Shown one piece after another: positions 35,989 to 46,504 of a stretch of 64,000 bases of DNA (its first letter is position 1; the number at the start of each line of letters is the position of its first letter). Position numbers and translations under genes: made by a program. Under the pieces are notes generated by a model. That model made no database searches. It worked only from the letters and a program-made list of their open reading frames with translations, and was not told where the DNA came from. The stretch comes from Armatimonadota bacterium. Lineage in GTDB: Bacteria; Armatimonadota; UBA10988. Location of the stretch: positions 14,537 through 78,536 of the forward strand of contig JACRKZ010000021.1 of the NCBI GenBank assembly GCA_016235455.1, in the 5' to 3' direction.

Positions 35989-37515
35989 ATGAAGCGCATC
36001 AGCATCCTCAACGACGTGCTCGGCCCCATCATGCGTGGGCCGTCCAGCTCCCATACCGCCGGCTCGTACCACCTCGGCGCGCTCGGCCGGTCGCTGCTCG
36101 GCGGGCGTCCGACGCGCGCGGTAATCACCTTCGATGCCGACGGCTCGTTTGCCCCGTGCTATCGCGCCCAGGGGTCCGATCTGGCCTTTGCCGCGGCGCT
36201 GCTGGGCTGGTCCATCACCGACGACCGCGTGCCCATGGCGCTGCTGGAGGCGCCTGCCTCGGGCCTGGAGATCCGTTTCGAGACCGCGGCGTTGCGTGAC
36301 GCCGACCACCCAAACCGCGTGCACCTCGACCTGACCGCCGCCGGCGGCCACACGATGCACCTCTCCGGCCGCTCGGTCGGTGGTGGTGCCGTGGAGATCA
36401 CCGAGGTCGACGGCTGGCCCGTGCTGCTCACCGGCGCGAGCCACACGCTGCTGGTCGAAGTCGACCGCGAAGACGCCGAGTCCGCCGCCGCCGAGTTGGC
36501 CTGTCTGCCGCTGCTGAAACCTGTCAGCCAGCAACGTGACGGGACCGCGGTGCTGTTGACGGCCGAGCTGGCCGAGCCGGCGACGGCAGTGCCCACGACG
36601 GCGAAGCAGGTCTGGCGGGCCGAGCCGCTGATGTTCACCAAGCGCGGCTCCGAGCTGTTTGCCGGCACGCGGGAGATGCTCGCTTACGCGTCAGCGCAGT
36701 CCTGCGGGCTGGCCGCCGCGGCCCTGGCTTACGAGGCCGCCCTGCTGGGCATCGACGAAGCTGAGGCCAACGCCGCCATGGGCCGGCGCCTGGCGGTGAT
36801 GCTTGGCTCGGCGCGCGGAGGGCTGGAGCCCGGACTGCCGCTGATGCAACTGCTGCGCCCCACGGCCGGCAGCATCTTCGCCGCCGAGCAGGCCGGCCAG
36901 GTGGCCGTCGGCGGGCTGCACACCCGCGCCGCGGCGCGAGCCATGGCGGCCATGCACATCAACTGCGGCATGGGCGTGGTCTGCGCCGCGCCAACCGCGG
37001 GTTCCGCGGGCGTGCTGCCCGGTGTGCTGACCACCCTGGCCGACGACCGCGAACTGAGCGAGGCGGCGCTGATCGCCACGTTGTGGGCGGCCGGCGCGGT
37101 GGGGCTGGTGGTCGCTGAGCGCGCCACCTTCGCGGCCGAAGTGGGCGGCTGCCAGGTGGAGATCGGCGCGGCCGGCGCCATGGCCGCCGCGGCGGTGGTG
37201 GAGATGGCCGGCGGCACGGCGCAGCAGGCCTGCGATGCCGCTGCGGTCTGCTTCCAGAACACCATGGGCTCGGTCTGCGATCTGGTGCAGGGCATCGTGG
37301 AGATCCCCTGCCACACGCGCAACGCGGTGGCGGCGTCGTCAGCGTTCGTCGTGGCCGACCTGGTGCTCGGCGGGTATGAGAACCCCGTTGGCCTCGATGA
37401 GACCGTGGACGCCGTGTTGGCCGTGGGCCGCATGTTGCCCCCCGAGCTGCGCGTCACCTCGCGTGGCGGGCTGGCCGTCTGCCCGTCGGCCCTGGCCCTG
37501 CCGCGCCTGAGCTGA
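35989..37515 (+). CDS. sdaA: Fe-S dependent L-serine dehydratase, fused beta and alpha subunits
   Basis: [51 protein letters not shown] (three cluster Cys). Confidence 0.88.
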   Translation: MKRISILNDVLGPIMRGPSSSHTAGSYHLGALGRSLLGGRPTRAVITFDADGSFAPCYRAQGSDLAFAAALLGWSITDDRVPMALLEAPASGLEIRFETAALRDADHPNRVHLDLTAAGGHTMHLSGRSVGGGAVEITEVDGWPVLLTGASHTLLVEVDREDAESAAAELACLPLLKPVSQQRDGTAVLLTAELAEPATAVPTTAKQVWRAEPLMFTKRGSELFAGTREMLAYASAQSCGLAAAALAYEAALLGIDEAEANAAMGRRLAVMLGSARGGLEPGLPLMQLLRPTAGSIFAAEQAGQVAVGGLHTRAAARAMAAMHINCGMGVVCAAPTAGSAGVLPGVLTTLADDRELSEAALIATLWAAGAVGLVVAERATFAAEVGGCQVEIGAAGAMAAAAVVEMAGGTAQQACDAAAVCFQNTMGSVCDLVQGIVEIPCHTRNAVAASSAFVVADLVLGGYENPVGLDETVDAVLAVGRMLPPELRVTSRGGLAVCPSALALPRLS

Positions 37516-37533
37516 GATACCGGAGAACCCACC

Positions 37534-38514
37534 GTGTCGAGCCTGCTCTTCCTGTCCGCATCATCCCTACGCCAGGCGCTACCCATGGCCGACGCCGTGG
37601 CCGCGATGAAAGACGCCTTCGTGGCGGTCTCCGCTGGCCGCGTGGCCATGCCCGCGCGCTCGCACCTGGACATCGGTGAGCCGGGCGACAAGAGCCTGGT
37701 CATGCCGGCCTTCTGCCCGGATCTGGGCGGCCTGGGCGTCAAGGTGGTCAACCTGGTCGGCGGCAACCTGGCGCGAGGCCTGCCGCGCATCCAGGCGCTG
37801 GTGGCGCTGTTCGACGGCGACACCGGCCAGCCACTGGCCGTCCTCGACGGCGCCGCCCTGACCGCCCAGCGCACCGGCGCGGCGGCCGGCGCGGCGACGG
37901 ATGTCCTGGCCCGCGCCGACGCGCGCACGACGGCCATCTTCGGCGCCGGTGTGCAGGCGCGCACCCAACTCGCCGCCGTGCACTGCGTGCGGCCCCTGGC
38001 CCGTGCCTGGGTGGTCGACGCCGACCCAGCGCGCGCGGCGGCCTTCGCCACCGAAATGAGCGACGCGCTGGGCCTGCCGGTGACGCCGGCCAGCGCGGCC
38101 GAGGCGCTGTCGGCGGCCGACATCGTCTGCACGGTGACCACCTCGGCCAGCCCGGTGTTCGACGATGCCGACCTGCGGCCGGGCACGCACGTCAACGCGG
38201 TTGGCGTCTATCAACTCCACATGCACGAGGTCCCGCCGGCCACCGTGGCTCGTGCCAGCCTGTTCGTCGACCAACGCGAAGCAGCCCTGGACGAGGCCGG
38301 TGACCTGGTCATCCCGCTGCGTGCGGGCCTGCTGACCGACAACAACTGGCCCGAACTGGGCGAGGTCATCGTCGGCGGCCGACCCGGCCGGACATGGGAC
38401 GACGAGGTAACGCTGTTCAAGTCGGTGGGCCTGGCCGCCCAGGACCTGGCGGCGGCGGCGCGCGCCGTGGCCACGGCGCGGCGGCTGGGGCTGGGTTGCG
38501 AGGTCGAGATGTGA
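37534..38514 (+). CDS. Ornithine cyclodeaminase / mu-crystallin family protein
   Basis: [52 protein letters not shown]. Confidence 0.9.
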   Translation: MSSLLFLSASSLRQALPMADAVAAMKDAFVAVSAGRVAMPARSHLDIGEPGDKSLVMPAFCPDLGGLGVKVVNLVGGNLARGLPRIQALVALFDGDTGQPLAVLDGAALTAQRTGAAAGAATDVLARADARTTAIFGAGVQARTQLAAVHCVRPLARAWVVDADPARAAAFATEMSDALGLPVTPASAAEALSAADIVCTVTTSASPVFDDADLRPGTHVNAVGVYQLHMHEVPPATVARASLFVDQREAALDEAGDLVIPLRAGLLTDNNWPELGEVIVGGRPGRTWDDEVTLFKSVGLAAQDLAAAARAVATARRLGLGCEVEM

Positions 38515-38579
38515 GCGGCGCCCGCGCGCCTTACACCCAGGCCCGCAGGTGGTACAATACCCTCACGGAGGCCACGGTC

Positions 38580-39218
38580 ATGCCCGACCAGGACGTGCTG
38601 TCGATGGAAGAGAATGTGCTGCTGGCGCAGACCAGTACGGTCTTCGACTGGGCGCAGTCGCAGAAAGACAAGCTCAAGGGCGTGGTGGACAACGTGGTTG
38701 CCGCCGATCACCTCATCGGCCGCACCGTGCGCGATGTGGAGCGCTGGGCCCAGCGCAACGCCGTGTGGCCCGCGCTGTTTGGCCTGGCCTGCTGCGCCAT
38801 CGAGATGATGGCCGTGGGCGGCAGCCATTTCGACCTGTCGCGCTTCGGCTCCGAAGTGTTCCGCGCCTCGCCGCGCCAGGCCGACCTGATGATCGTCGCC
38901 GGCCGCGTGAGCCACAAGATGGCGCCGGTCCTCAAGCAGATCTACGACCAGATGGCCGAGCCCAAATGGGTGCTGGCCATGGGCGCCTGCGCCTCCAGCG
39001 GTGGCGTGTTCAACAACTACGCCATCGTGCAGGGCGTCGACAACGTCGTGCCCGTGGACATCTACGTGCCCGGCTGCCCGCCGCGACCGGAACTGCTGCT
39101 CGAGGGCATCTTCCTGCTGCAGGAGAAGATCGGCCGCGGTGAGCCCAGCCGTGCCATCCAACTGGCCCAAGCCGCTGCCGCGGGCGCCGCGGGTGCCACC
39201 GCTGACGTAACTGCCTAG
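38580..39218 (+). CDS. nuoB: NADH-quinone oxidoreductase subunit B (copy 1)
   Basis: [44 protein letters not shown]; TACAAT at 38553-38558. Confidence 0.93.
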   Translation: MPDQDVLSMEENVLLAQTSTVFDWAQSQKDKLKGVVDNVVAADHLIGRTVRDVERWAQRNAVWPALFGLACCAIEMMAVGGSHFDLSRFGSEVFRASPRQADLMIVAGRVSHKMAPVLKQIYDQMAEPKWVLAMGACASSGGVFNNYAIVQGVDNVVPVDIYVPGCPPRPELLLEGIFLLQEKIGRGEPSRAIQLAQAAAAGAAGATADVTA

Positions 39219-39227
39219 GGAGCCATC

Positions 39228-39860
39228 GTGAGCGAGCCCACCGGAACCCCCAGCCCAGCCACCGTGGCCGACCTGGCCAACAGTTCGTTGCCCTCGTCGG
39301 TCGGCTTTGAGGCGCTGCCCGATGGCGGCGTGCTGATGGCCAACACCGACCATCTGAGCGATCTGATCAACACGGCGCGCGCCAACTCGCTGTGGTACAT
39401 GACCTTCGGCCTGGCCTGCTGCGCCATCGAGATGATGGCCACCGCCGGCCCGCGCTACGACCTGGACCGCTTCGGCATGATCCCGCGGCCCACGCCGCGC
39501 CAGAGCGACCTGATGATCGTCGCGGGCACCGTGGTCAAGAAGATGGCCCCGCGGGTCAAGCGCCTCTATGACCAGATGGCCGAGCCGCGCTACGTCCTTG
39601 CCATGGGCTCTTGCGCCACCTGCGGCGGACCCTTCCAGGACAGCTACAGCGTGCTCATGGGCGTCGACCAGATCATCCCCGTGGACGTCTACGTGCCCTT
39701 CTGCCCGCCGCGACCCGAGTCGCTCCTACACGGTCTGCTCATGCTGCAGCGCAAGATCCGCCACGAGCAGTACCACCGCGCGCGCAGCCTGTCGCCGCTC
39801 GGCCGTGTGCTGGCCGGCATCTTCGACCGGGGTGAGGATGCGCCGGTCGAGCAGGCGTAG
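39228..39860 (+). CDS. nuoB: NADH-quinone oxidoreductase subunit B (copy 2)
   Basis: [44 protein letters not shown]. Confidence 0.93.
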   Translation: MSEPTGTPSPATVADLANSSLPSSVGFEALPDGGVLMANTDHLSDLINTARANSLWYMTFGLACCAIEMMATAGPRYDLDRFGMIPRPTPRQSDLMIVAGTVVKKMAPRVKRLYDQMAEPRYVLAMGSCATCGGPFQDSYSVLMGVDQIIPVDVYVPFCPPRPESLLHGLLMLQRKIRHEQYHRARSLSPLGRVLAGIFDRGEDAPVEQA

Positions 39861-39919
39861 GCCGGCTGCCTGGCAGACGCGCATGGGGCACAGCCACCCC
39901 TCGGGCCCGACGTACGGTG

Positions 39920-40879
39920 CTAGATGAACGTGCCGATCATGCCCGCGCCCAGGAAGGTGCTGACGAAGCCCAGGATGTAGATGTCGCGCCACTCAAGCTC
40001 CATCACGCGTCTGTAGATGATGACCGTGACAATGAGCTGGGCCAGCATTCCGGCACCGGCGGTGCCCGTGATCAACGCCAGCAGATCCGCGATGACGCCG
40101 CCCAGGAAGGCCGTGGGCACCACGCGGATCATCAGGACGAGTGTCTCCCAGGCACTGAGCCCAGGACTGTCGTCGGTGATCAGCCATGTCACCTGGAGCG
40201 CGAGCGACATGGCGATGCTCTGCATCGGCCAGATGGCAAACGGCACCACCACGCCGATGATGGCGAACGGCGCGGTTTCGGGGTCGGCGGACAGCGTGCC
40301 CCACAGGATGAGGCCGGCCACGAACAACAGCAGTGGCGCCATCCATAGCGGCATCCCGCAGACGAACCATGACGCCCACGGCTGACCATCGAGGCGTTCG
40401 GGCCAGAGCCCCAGCGGTCCGTAGCCGTTCGCCTCGCGCAGCTCCGCGTCGTCCACCTCTTCCTCGGCCGCCGCCGCGGCAACCTCGGCCTGCTCCTCGA
40501 CCGCCTGGGCCCAGCGCGGCTTGAGCAAGTCCGGCGCCACGGCCGCCTGCAGGGCGTCGGCCTGGCCGTCGCGCAGCCAGACCAGCTTGCACTTGCCGCA
40601 GGTGTACATGGGCAGGTCGGGCGCCTTGGGGAACGAGCGCTCCTTCATCGGCTCATGGCAACGGCCGCACTGGGGCACCTGGCCCGCGCGTGAGCCGGCC
40701 AGCAGCGTGGCGTTGTAACGATGCTCCAACTCGCCCAGTGCCTGAGGCTGGTGCTTGGCCAGCGCCGCCAGGTCGCCCGCGTCGAAAAGGAGGCCGCCGC
40801 ACTCACGGCACCCCTGGACGTTGCGTCCCTCGGTGCTCGTGGTCTCCAGAAGCAGTCCGCATGTTGGGCAGCGATCCAT
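39920..40879 (-). CDS. Double zinc-ribbon (zf-TFIIB-like) membrane protein
   Basis: CPTC..CRECGGLLFDAGDL and CGRC..CGKCKLVWL, followed by about 5 TM helices. Confidence 0.75.
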   Translation of the reverse strand: MDRCPTCGLLLETTSTEGRNVQGCRECGGLLFDAGDLAALAKHQPQALGELEHRYNATLLAGSRAGQVPQCGRCHEPMKERSFPKAPDLPMYTCGKCKLVWLRDGQADALQAAVAPDLLKPRWAQAVEEQAEVAAAAAEEEVDDAELREANGYGPLGLWPERLDGQPWASWFVCGMPLWMAPLLLFVAGLILWGTLSADPETAPFAIIGVVVPFAIWPMQSIAMSLALQVTWLITDDSPGLSAWETLVLMIRVVPTAFLGGVIADLLALITGTAGAGMLAQLIVTVIIYRRVMELEWRDIYILGFVSTFLGAGMIGTFI

Positions 40880-40966
40880 GAGTGCCCTCCCCTGCCAGCC
40901 GTAACGCCGGCCACCCGCTGTCAGTTCCGAGCAGGACTTGTACCCCGGCTCGCCAATGCTTACCAC

Positions 40967-43078
40967 ATGAGGCGGCGCGTCGTCCAGTCCATGTTACTCC
41001 TGCTGCCGCTGGCGCTGGCCGCGGGCTGCCATCGCGCGTCTCCGCCGCCGCCGGCCAGCGTCGACCCGGCCAGCACCGCGCCGGAAGCGCCGAACCAGGC
41101 CGCTGAGCCCGTGATCATCACCGAGCCCGGCCAACCGCGCTATGTCGGCGCGAGCACCTTCGAGCCGGCGCGCGCGGCGGCCACCATCCCCGTCTTCGCC
41201 GCCAAGGCCGATCTGTCCAACCTGGTGAACCGCGAGGCGTTGAGCGGGTTCGGTGCCAAGCACCGCGACCTGCTGGCCGCCAACGGTTTTGTGGCCATGC
41301 CGGTGGCCGATGAGACGCTGGAGAGCGTCTACCTGCGCAACGCCGCCGACAAGCTGCCCAGCCTGCTCACCAGCGACGCGCTGCTCTGCGCGTTCGACCG
41401 GCTGGCCGACAGCGTGCGCGCGCGCCTGGAGCAGGCCGACCTGCCGGCGCTGCTCACCGCCACGGTGCTGACTCTGACCGAGCGCTGCACGGCCCAGCTC
41501 GCCGCGGCGCCCAGCCCCAACCTCAAGGACGCCGCGCGCCGCAACACCGCCTGCTTCGCGGTGGCCGCCAGCCTGCTCGGCGTGCCGGTGCGCGTGGAGG
41601 CCGGCGCGGGCGCCATGGCCCAGGCCGAGCTGGCGTTGCTCAAAGCGGGCGCCAGAGCGCACAGCGAGGTGTTTGGCGAGGAGATCGACTACGCCCTCTA
41701 CCGGCCCGGCACCGGCGACAGCCGTCAGGTACGCTACGACGCCGCCTGCCAGTGGCTCGGCCTGGCCGGCTGGCACGCCGATGCCGAGCAGCCGCGCGCC
41801 ACGCGCATGTTGCTGCTGCTCATCCACGCCCTCGGCACCCCGCCCGACCGGGCGCTACGCCAGATGGAGGCGTTGGCCGATACGCGCCACTACCTGGTCG
41901 GCGCCGAGCCGGCGCGGCTGGCACCGGCTTTCTCCGCTGCCGCCGCGGTCTACAGCGCCAAGCGCCGGCTGGCCGACTACGACGACATGGACCGCCTGCG
42001 TGCCGTGGCCAAGCGGCTACGCCAGCCGCTGGTGCTGCTGCCACGCCCGGCCCGATTGGACGACCGGGTGCTGACCGCGTTGTCACCCGCCTCGCCGAGC
42101 GGGCTGCCCTCGGGCCTGCTGGTCATGCAGGCGCTGGGCCAGTCGCGCGCCGAATGGCTGGCGGGCACTGGCTACGCCGTCGGGGCCAAGCTGCCAGCCT
42201 ACGCCGAGGCGCTGCGCCGGCTGCGCGACGAACTGGCCGCGGTGGACCCGCGGCGCTGGGAATCCGACCTGGCGCATGGCCGGCTGTGGGCCTCGGCGCC
42301 GCTGGACCGCCGCCCGACCGCCGGCTGGCCGGCCTGGCAGCAATCCGCCGCCTGGGCCGACAAGTCGCTGCTGACCATGCTGGCGGTCTGGTCAGCCAGC
42401 CGCCACCGGCCCGACGGCGCCGAGCCGGGCGTGACCGTGACCGCGAGCACCCCGTCGACCAACGTGCCGCCGAGTTACGTGGAGCCGGCGCCGGACGTCT
42501 ATGCACGACTGGCACAGCTAGCGCAAGCGCTGTCCATCGGCCTGCGCGGCCACGGCCTGCTGGATGCCGACGCCGAGACCCAGACCGACCGCTTCACCAC
42601 CCTCTGCCTGCTGGCCAAGCGCCTGTCGGAAACCGAACTGCGCAACGAGAGCCTCAATGCGGTCGACCTGAAGCGCCTGGCTGGCATTGGCGCCGAGCTG
42701 GCGACCATCGGCGCGGACGAGGATCGCCTGGCGCGGCCCACGATGGCCACGGCCGTGGCCGCCCTCGGCGGCACGAAGCTGTGGGAGGCGGTGGGGCCAG
42801 TGCAGGTGGTCTACGCCGTGGTGCCCGACCGCGGCAAGCTGTATGTGGCGCGTGGCGCGCTGCTCAGCTACCACGAGTTCACCGCGCCGGCGCTCAACGA
42901 CACCGCCTGGCGCGGCCTGGTGGCCGACGGCACGGCGCCGGGGCAACCGGAGTGGGCGGCGAGCTACCTGTTGGCCAACCCGTTCCGGCCGGGCCTGCCG
43001 ACGGCCAAGGCGGCGCCGTTCCCGCCGCCGGCGTTGGGGGCGCCTACCCCTTCACCCCCGCCGCCATCCCCTCGATGA
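40967..43078 (+). CDS. DUF3160-like lipoprotein
   Basis: Lipobox LAAGC; LLAANGFV, YVEPAPDVYARL, LYVARGALLSYHEF, LNDTAWR. Confidence 0.75.
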   Translation: MRRRVVQSMLLLLPLALAAGCHRASPPPPASVDPASTAPEAPNQAAEPVIITEPGQPRYVGASTFEPARAAATIPVFAAKADLSNLVNREALSGFGAKHRDLLAANGFVAMPVADETLESVYLRNAADKLPSLLTSDALLCAFDRLADSVRARLEQADLPALLTATVLTLTERCTAQLAAAPSPNLKDAARRNTACFAVAASLLGVPVRVEAGAGAMAQAELALLKAGARAHSEVFGEEIDYALYRPGTGDSRQVRYDAACQWLGLAGWHADAEQPRATRMLLLLIHALGTPPDRALRQMEALADTRHYLVGAEPARLAPAFSAAAAVYSAKRRLADYDDMDRLRAVAKRLRQPLVLLPRPARLDDRVLTALSPASPSGLPSGLLVMQALGQSRAEWLAGTGYAVGAKLPAYAEALRRLRDELAAVDPRRWESDLAHGRLWASAPLDRRPTAGWPAWQQSAAWADKSLLTMLAVWSASRHRPDGAEPGVTVTASTPSTNVPPSYVEPAPDVYARLAQLAQALSIGLRGHGLLDADAETQTDRFTTLCLLAKRLSETELRNESLNAVDLKRLAGIGAELATIGADEDRLARPTMATAVAALGGTKLWEAVGPVQVVYAVVPDRGKLYVARGALLSYHEFTAPALNDTAWRGLVADGTAPGQPEWAASYLLANPFRPGLPTAKAAPFPPPALGAPTPSPPPPSPR

Positions 43079-43868
43079 ACCGCCGCTGCATGGCCACGAA
43101 CAGCGCTAGCACCGGCAGCAGCGCAATCACCGAGCCGGCCATGACCAGATGCACGTTGCTCGATTCGGCCTGGACGAAGCTGCTCAGGCCCATCTCCACC
43201 GTGCGCATCCGCTTGTCGTCGGTGACCACCAGCGGCCAGAGCAATGAGTTCCAACTGCCCAGGAAGGCGAAGATGGCCGACGTGGCCAAGGCCGGGCTGA
43301 CCAGCGGCGCGGCGATGCGGCGCAGATAGGCCCAGTGGCCGCAGCCATCGAGCATGGCCGCCTCCTGGAAGTCGCGCGGCAGGCCGCGGAAGGATTGGGT
43401 GACCAGGAACACCGAGAACACATTCGCCGCCCAGGGCACGATCAGCGCCCAGAACGTGTTGGTCCAGTGCAGCTTCAGGACGGTCAGGTAGTTAGGGATG
43501 AGGATGACCTCGAACGGCACCATCATCGTGGCCATGTACAGCCCGAACAGCACGCCCTGCCCGCGCCAGCGCAGCACGCCGAAGGCGTAGCCCGCGCCGA
43601 GCGATGAAGTCACCACGCAGAGCGTCACTGCGCTGGAACTGAGCGCCGTGACGAACAGGTAGCGCCCGAAGGGGATGTCGCGCCACACCGCCGCGTAGTT
43701 GCCCCACTGCGGGCTATGCGGCCAAGGCCAGAAATGGACCGTCTCGGCCACCGTCTTGAGCGACGTGCCGATCATCCAGAGGAACGGGAACGCCACCAGC
43801 AGGCCCAGCGGCAGCAGCACCACATGGGTCAGCAGTTCCTCGCGCCCGCGCCACCCGCCTCGCGTCAT
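43044..43868 (-). CDS. Carbohydrate ABC transporter permease (MalG-like)
   Basis: FPFLWMIGTSLK, EAA motif (FQEAAMLDGC), WNSLLWPLVV; ATG 43868. Confidence 0.92.
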   Translation of the reverse strand: MTRGGWRGREELLTHVVLLPLGLLVAFPFLWMIGTSLKTVAETVHFWPWPHSPQWGNYAAVWRDIPFGRYLFVTALSSSAVTLCVVTSSLGAGYAFGVLRWRGQGVLFGLYMATMMVPFEVILIPNYLTVLKLHWTNTFWALIVPWAANVFSVFLVTQSFRGLPRDFQEAAMLDGCGHWAYLRRIAAPLVSPALATSAIFAFLGSWNSLLWPLVVTDDKRMRTVEMGLSSFVQAESSNVHLVMAGSVIALLPVLALFVAMQRRFIEGMAAGVKG

Positions 43869-44821
43869 GCCCGGCCTCCATAGTGGACGCGCTTGCCCAG
43901 CACGCGGAACTGCACGAGCGTGAGTGAGACGATGATGCCGAACAGCACCAACGCCACCGCCGAGCCGTACCCGGCGCCCTTGCCGCCCATCATGAAAGCC
44001 GACTCGTAGATGTAGAACGTGACCGTGCCCGTGCGCCCGCTGAGCCCGCCGGGGGTCATGACGTAGATCGTGTTGAACGCCTGGAAGGCCTTGATGACGA
44101 ACACGATGAGCAAGAAGAACAGCGTCGGCGAGAGCAGCGGCACGATGATCCGCCGCCGCAACTGCCAACCGGTGGCGCCGTCGAGCCGGGCCGCCTCAAT
44201 CACGTCGGCGGGCACCTGCGACATGCCGGCCAGCAACACCACCACGGCGAAGCCCAGCATGGTCCAGATGGACACCAACATGACGCAGCACAGCGCCACA
44301 CTCGGCCCGCCGGCCCAGGCCGGCAACTCGCGCCCACAGGCCTCGCCCAGCAACGCGAACAGGCCGCGCGGCTGCAACAGCCAGTTCTGCTCGGGCACCG
44401 GCAGGCCCCAGGCCACCAGCCTGGCATTGACCACCGTGCTGACCTCGAACATCCACTTCCACACCGCCGACGCCGCCACGGGCGAGACCACGTACGGGGT
44501 GAAGAACAACATGCGGTAGAAGGCGCGTCCCCGGATGTCGCGGTTGAGCAGTTCGGCGACCAGATAGCCGACGAACAGCGTGGCCGGCACCGTGCCCAGC
44601 ACGAACCACATGGTCACGACCAGGCTGGCCCAGAAGGCAGGATCGTGCAGCAGCTCGCGGTAGTTGGCCAGTCCCACCCAGGCGTCATGGCCGATGGCGC
44701 CGGTGTGCAGGCTGACGCCGACGGCACGCAACAGCGGACCCAAATGGAAGCAGCCCAGCACCAACGCGCTGGGTAGCAGGCACAACGCCGCGACCAGAGC
44801 CTGTTTCCGACGACTTCCCAT
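43865..44821 (-). CDS. Carbohydrate ABC transporter permease (MalF/UgpA-like)
   Basis: WVGLANYRELLHDPAFW, IEAARLDGATGW, FQAFNTIYVMT; ATG 44821. Confidence 0.92.
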   Translation of the reverse strand: MGSRRKQALVAALCLLPSALVLGCFHLGPLLRAVGVSLHTGAIGHDAWVGLANYRELLHDPAFWASLVVTMWFVLGTVPATLFVGYLVAELLNRDIRGRAFYRMLFFTPYVVSPVAASAVWKWMFEVSTVVNARLVAWGLPVPEQNWLLQPRGLFALLGEACGRELPAWAGGPSVALCCVMLVSIWTMLGFAVVVLLAGMSQVPADVIEAARLDGATGWQLRRRIIVPLLSPTLFFLLIVFVIKAFQAFNTIYVMTPGGLSGRTGTVTFYIYESAFMMGGKGAGYGSAVALVLFGIIVSLTLVQFRVLGKRVHYGGRA

Positions 44822-44917
44822 ACCGATCCTTAGTGTCCCAGATGGGCGGTGAGTGTCAACTGCCGGCACGCTCCGCGCGCGGGCCCGACGCGCTATACTC
44901 CCGCCCAGGAGACCCTC

Positions 44918-46288
44918 ATGCGGCGACGTGAGTTCCTCGGCACAGTGGGCGCCGGCCTGGCCCTGGCCGGCGCGCGCGCTCAGACACCGGCGCGCAAACC
45001 CAACATCATCTTCATCCTCTCGGATGATCTGGCCCAGGGCGATGTGGGCTGTTACGGTCAGAAGCTGATCAGGACGCCGAATCTCGACCGCATGGCCGCG
45101 CAAGGCACGCGCTACAACCAGGCCTACTGCGGCACCTCGGTCTGCGCGCCGTCGCGCACCTCGCTGATGACCGGCCTGGACACCGGCCACAGCCCGGTGC
45201 GCGCCAATCGCGAGATCCAGCCCGAGGGCCAACTGCCGTTGCCCGCCGAGACGGTCACCGTGGCGCAAGTGCTGCGCCAACAAGGCTATGCCACGGCTTG
45301 CATGGGCAAGTGGGGCATGGGCATGTTCGACACCACGGGCAGCCCGCTGCGCAAGGGCTTCGACCACTTCTTCGGCTACAACTGCCAGCGCCACGCGCAC
45401 AGCTACTTCCCGACCTACCTCTACCGCGACGACCAACGCTTCGAGCTGCCTGAGAACGTCGGCGGCGCCAAGAAGACCTACGCGCAGAACCTGATCCAGA
45501 AGGACGTGCTCGACTGGGTCCGCGGCCATCGCGATGGGCCGTTCTTCCTGTTCTATGCGGTCACGTTGCCACATGGCGACTACGAGATCGACAACCTGGG
45601 CGAGTATGCCGACCGTGCAGGCTGGACGCCGCAGCAGAAGACCTACGCGGCCATGGTCTCGCGGCTGGACAGCGATGTCGGCGCGCTGCTGGCGCAGCTC
45701 CGCGAGCTGGGCATAGACGACAACACGCTGGTCATGTTCGCCGGCGACAACGGCTCGTCGTTCGCCCCGAACTCCGAACTCGGCCGGCGGTTCGACCAGA
45801 CCATGGGCGGCCGGCTGCGCGGCTTCAAGCGCGGGCTGTATGAGGGCGGCCTACGGCAGGCGGCGCTGGCGCGCTGGCCGGGCGTGGTGCCCGCCGGGCG
45901 CGTAAGCGACGAGCCGTGGGCCTTCTGGGACTTCCTGCCCACCTGCGCCGAGCTGGCCGGCGCCACGATGCCCGCCGGCTGTAAGCCCGACGGCCTGTCG
46001 CTGGTGCCCTTCCTCAAGGGCGGCGCCGCGCCACAGCGTGAGAGCTTCTACTGGGAGCTGCACGAGGCCGGCAGCATCCAGGCCATCCGCTTCGGTGACT
46101 GGAAAGCCGTCCGCAACTACGCTAACCAGCCGACGGAACTGTATGACCTGGCCAAGGACCCGGGCGAGACGACCGACCTGGCGGCGGTGCGGCCCGAGTT
46201 GGTGGCCAAGGCGGAGAAGCTGATGGCGGCGGCACGGGTGGACGACCCGAACTGGCCGTGGAAGATGCGAGCCAGGCCCGGCAAGTAG
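44918..46288 (+). CDS. Arylsulfatase with a Tat signal peptide
   Basis: MRRREFL twin-arginine signal; [11 protein letters not shown]; [11 protein letters not shown] (CxPxR); GKWG; GDNG; TATACT at 44894-44899. Confidence 0.93.
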   Translation: MRRREFLGTVGAGLALAGARAQTPARKPNIIFILSDDLAQGDVGCYGQKLIRTPNLDRMAAQGTRYNQAYCGTSVCAPSRTSLMTGLDTGHSPVRANREIQPEGQLPLPAETVTVAQVLRQQGYATACMGKWGMGMFDTTGSPLRKGFDHFFGYNCQRHAHSYFPTYLYRDDQRFELPENVGGAKKTYAQNLIQKDVLDWVRGHRDGPFFLFYAVTLPHGDYEIDNLGEYADRAGWTPQQKTYAAMVSRLDSDVGALLAQLRELGIDDNTLVMFAGDNGSSFAPNSELGRRFDQTMGGRLRGFKRGLYEGGLRQAALARWPGVVPAGRVSDEPWAFWDFLPTCAELAGATMPAGCKPDGLSLVPFLKGGAAPQRESFYWELHEAGSIQAIRFGDWKAVRNYANQPTELYDLAKDPGETTDLAAVRPELVAKAEKLMAAARVDDPNWPWKMRARPGK

Positions 46289-46296
46289 GCCGCGCA

Positions 46297-46486
46297 CTGG
46301 GAGCGCCAAGCTCCAGCTTGGCAATCGGCCGTCAGGCCGACAGTCCGGCGCCGGGGCCGGACGCTCTGGCCCAGCCGACCGCGGGCTGGGGCTCACGTGT
46401 GCCAAGCTGGAGCTTGGCGCTCCCAGATCCGCAGGGGGTTGACCGGTGAGCCCTGCCGTGCGGACCTGGAGGTCCGCGCTCCCAGG
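46297..46486. repeat. REP/REPIN-like cluster
   Basis: Perfect 27-bp inverted pair ctgggagcgccaagctccagcttggca (46297-46323) and 46400-46426, each arm internally palindromic; a third variant cggacctggaggtccgcgctcccagg at 46461-46486. Confidence 0.85.
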
Positions 46487-46504
46487 CGGCGTACAATAGT
46501 TCTC

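Noticed and set aside
34429-36534. 701-aa track ORF, and similar long N-terminal extensions (43865-45574, 49957-51468, 2589-3569, 40721-43078)
   Set aside because: The extensions overlap real neighbouring genes; better starts with an RBS or promoter lie downstream.
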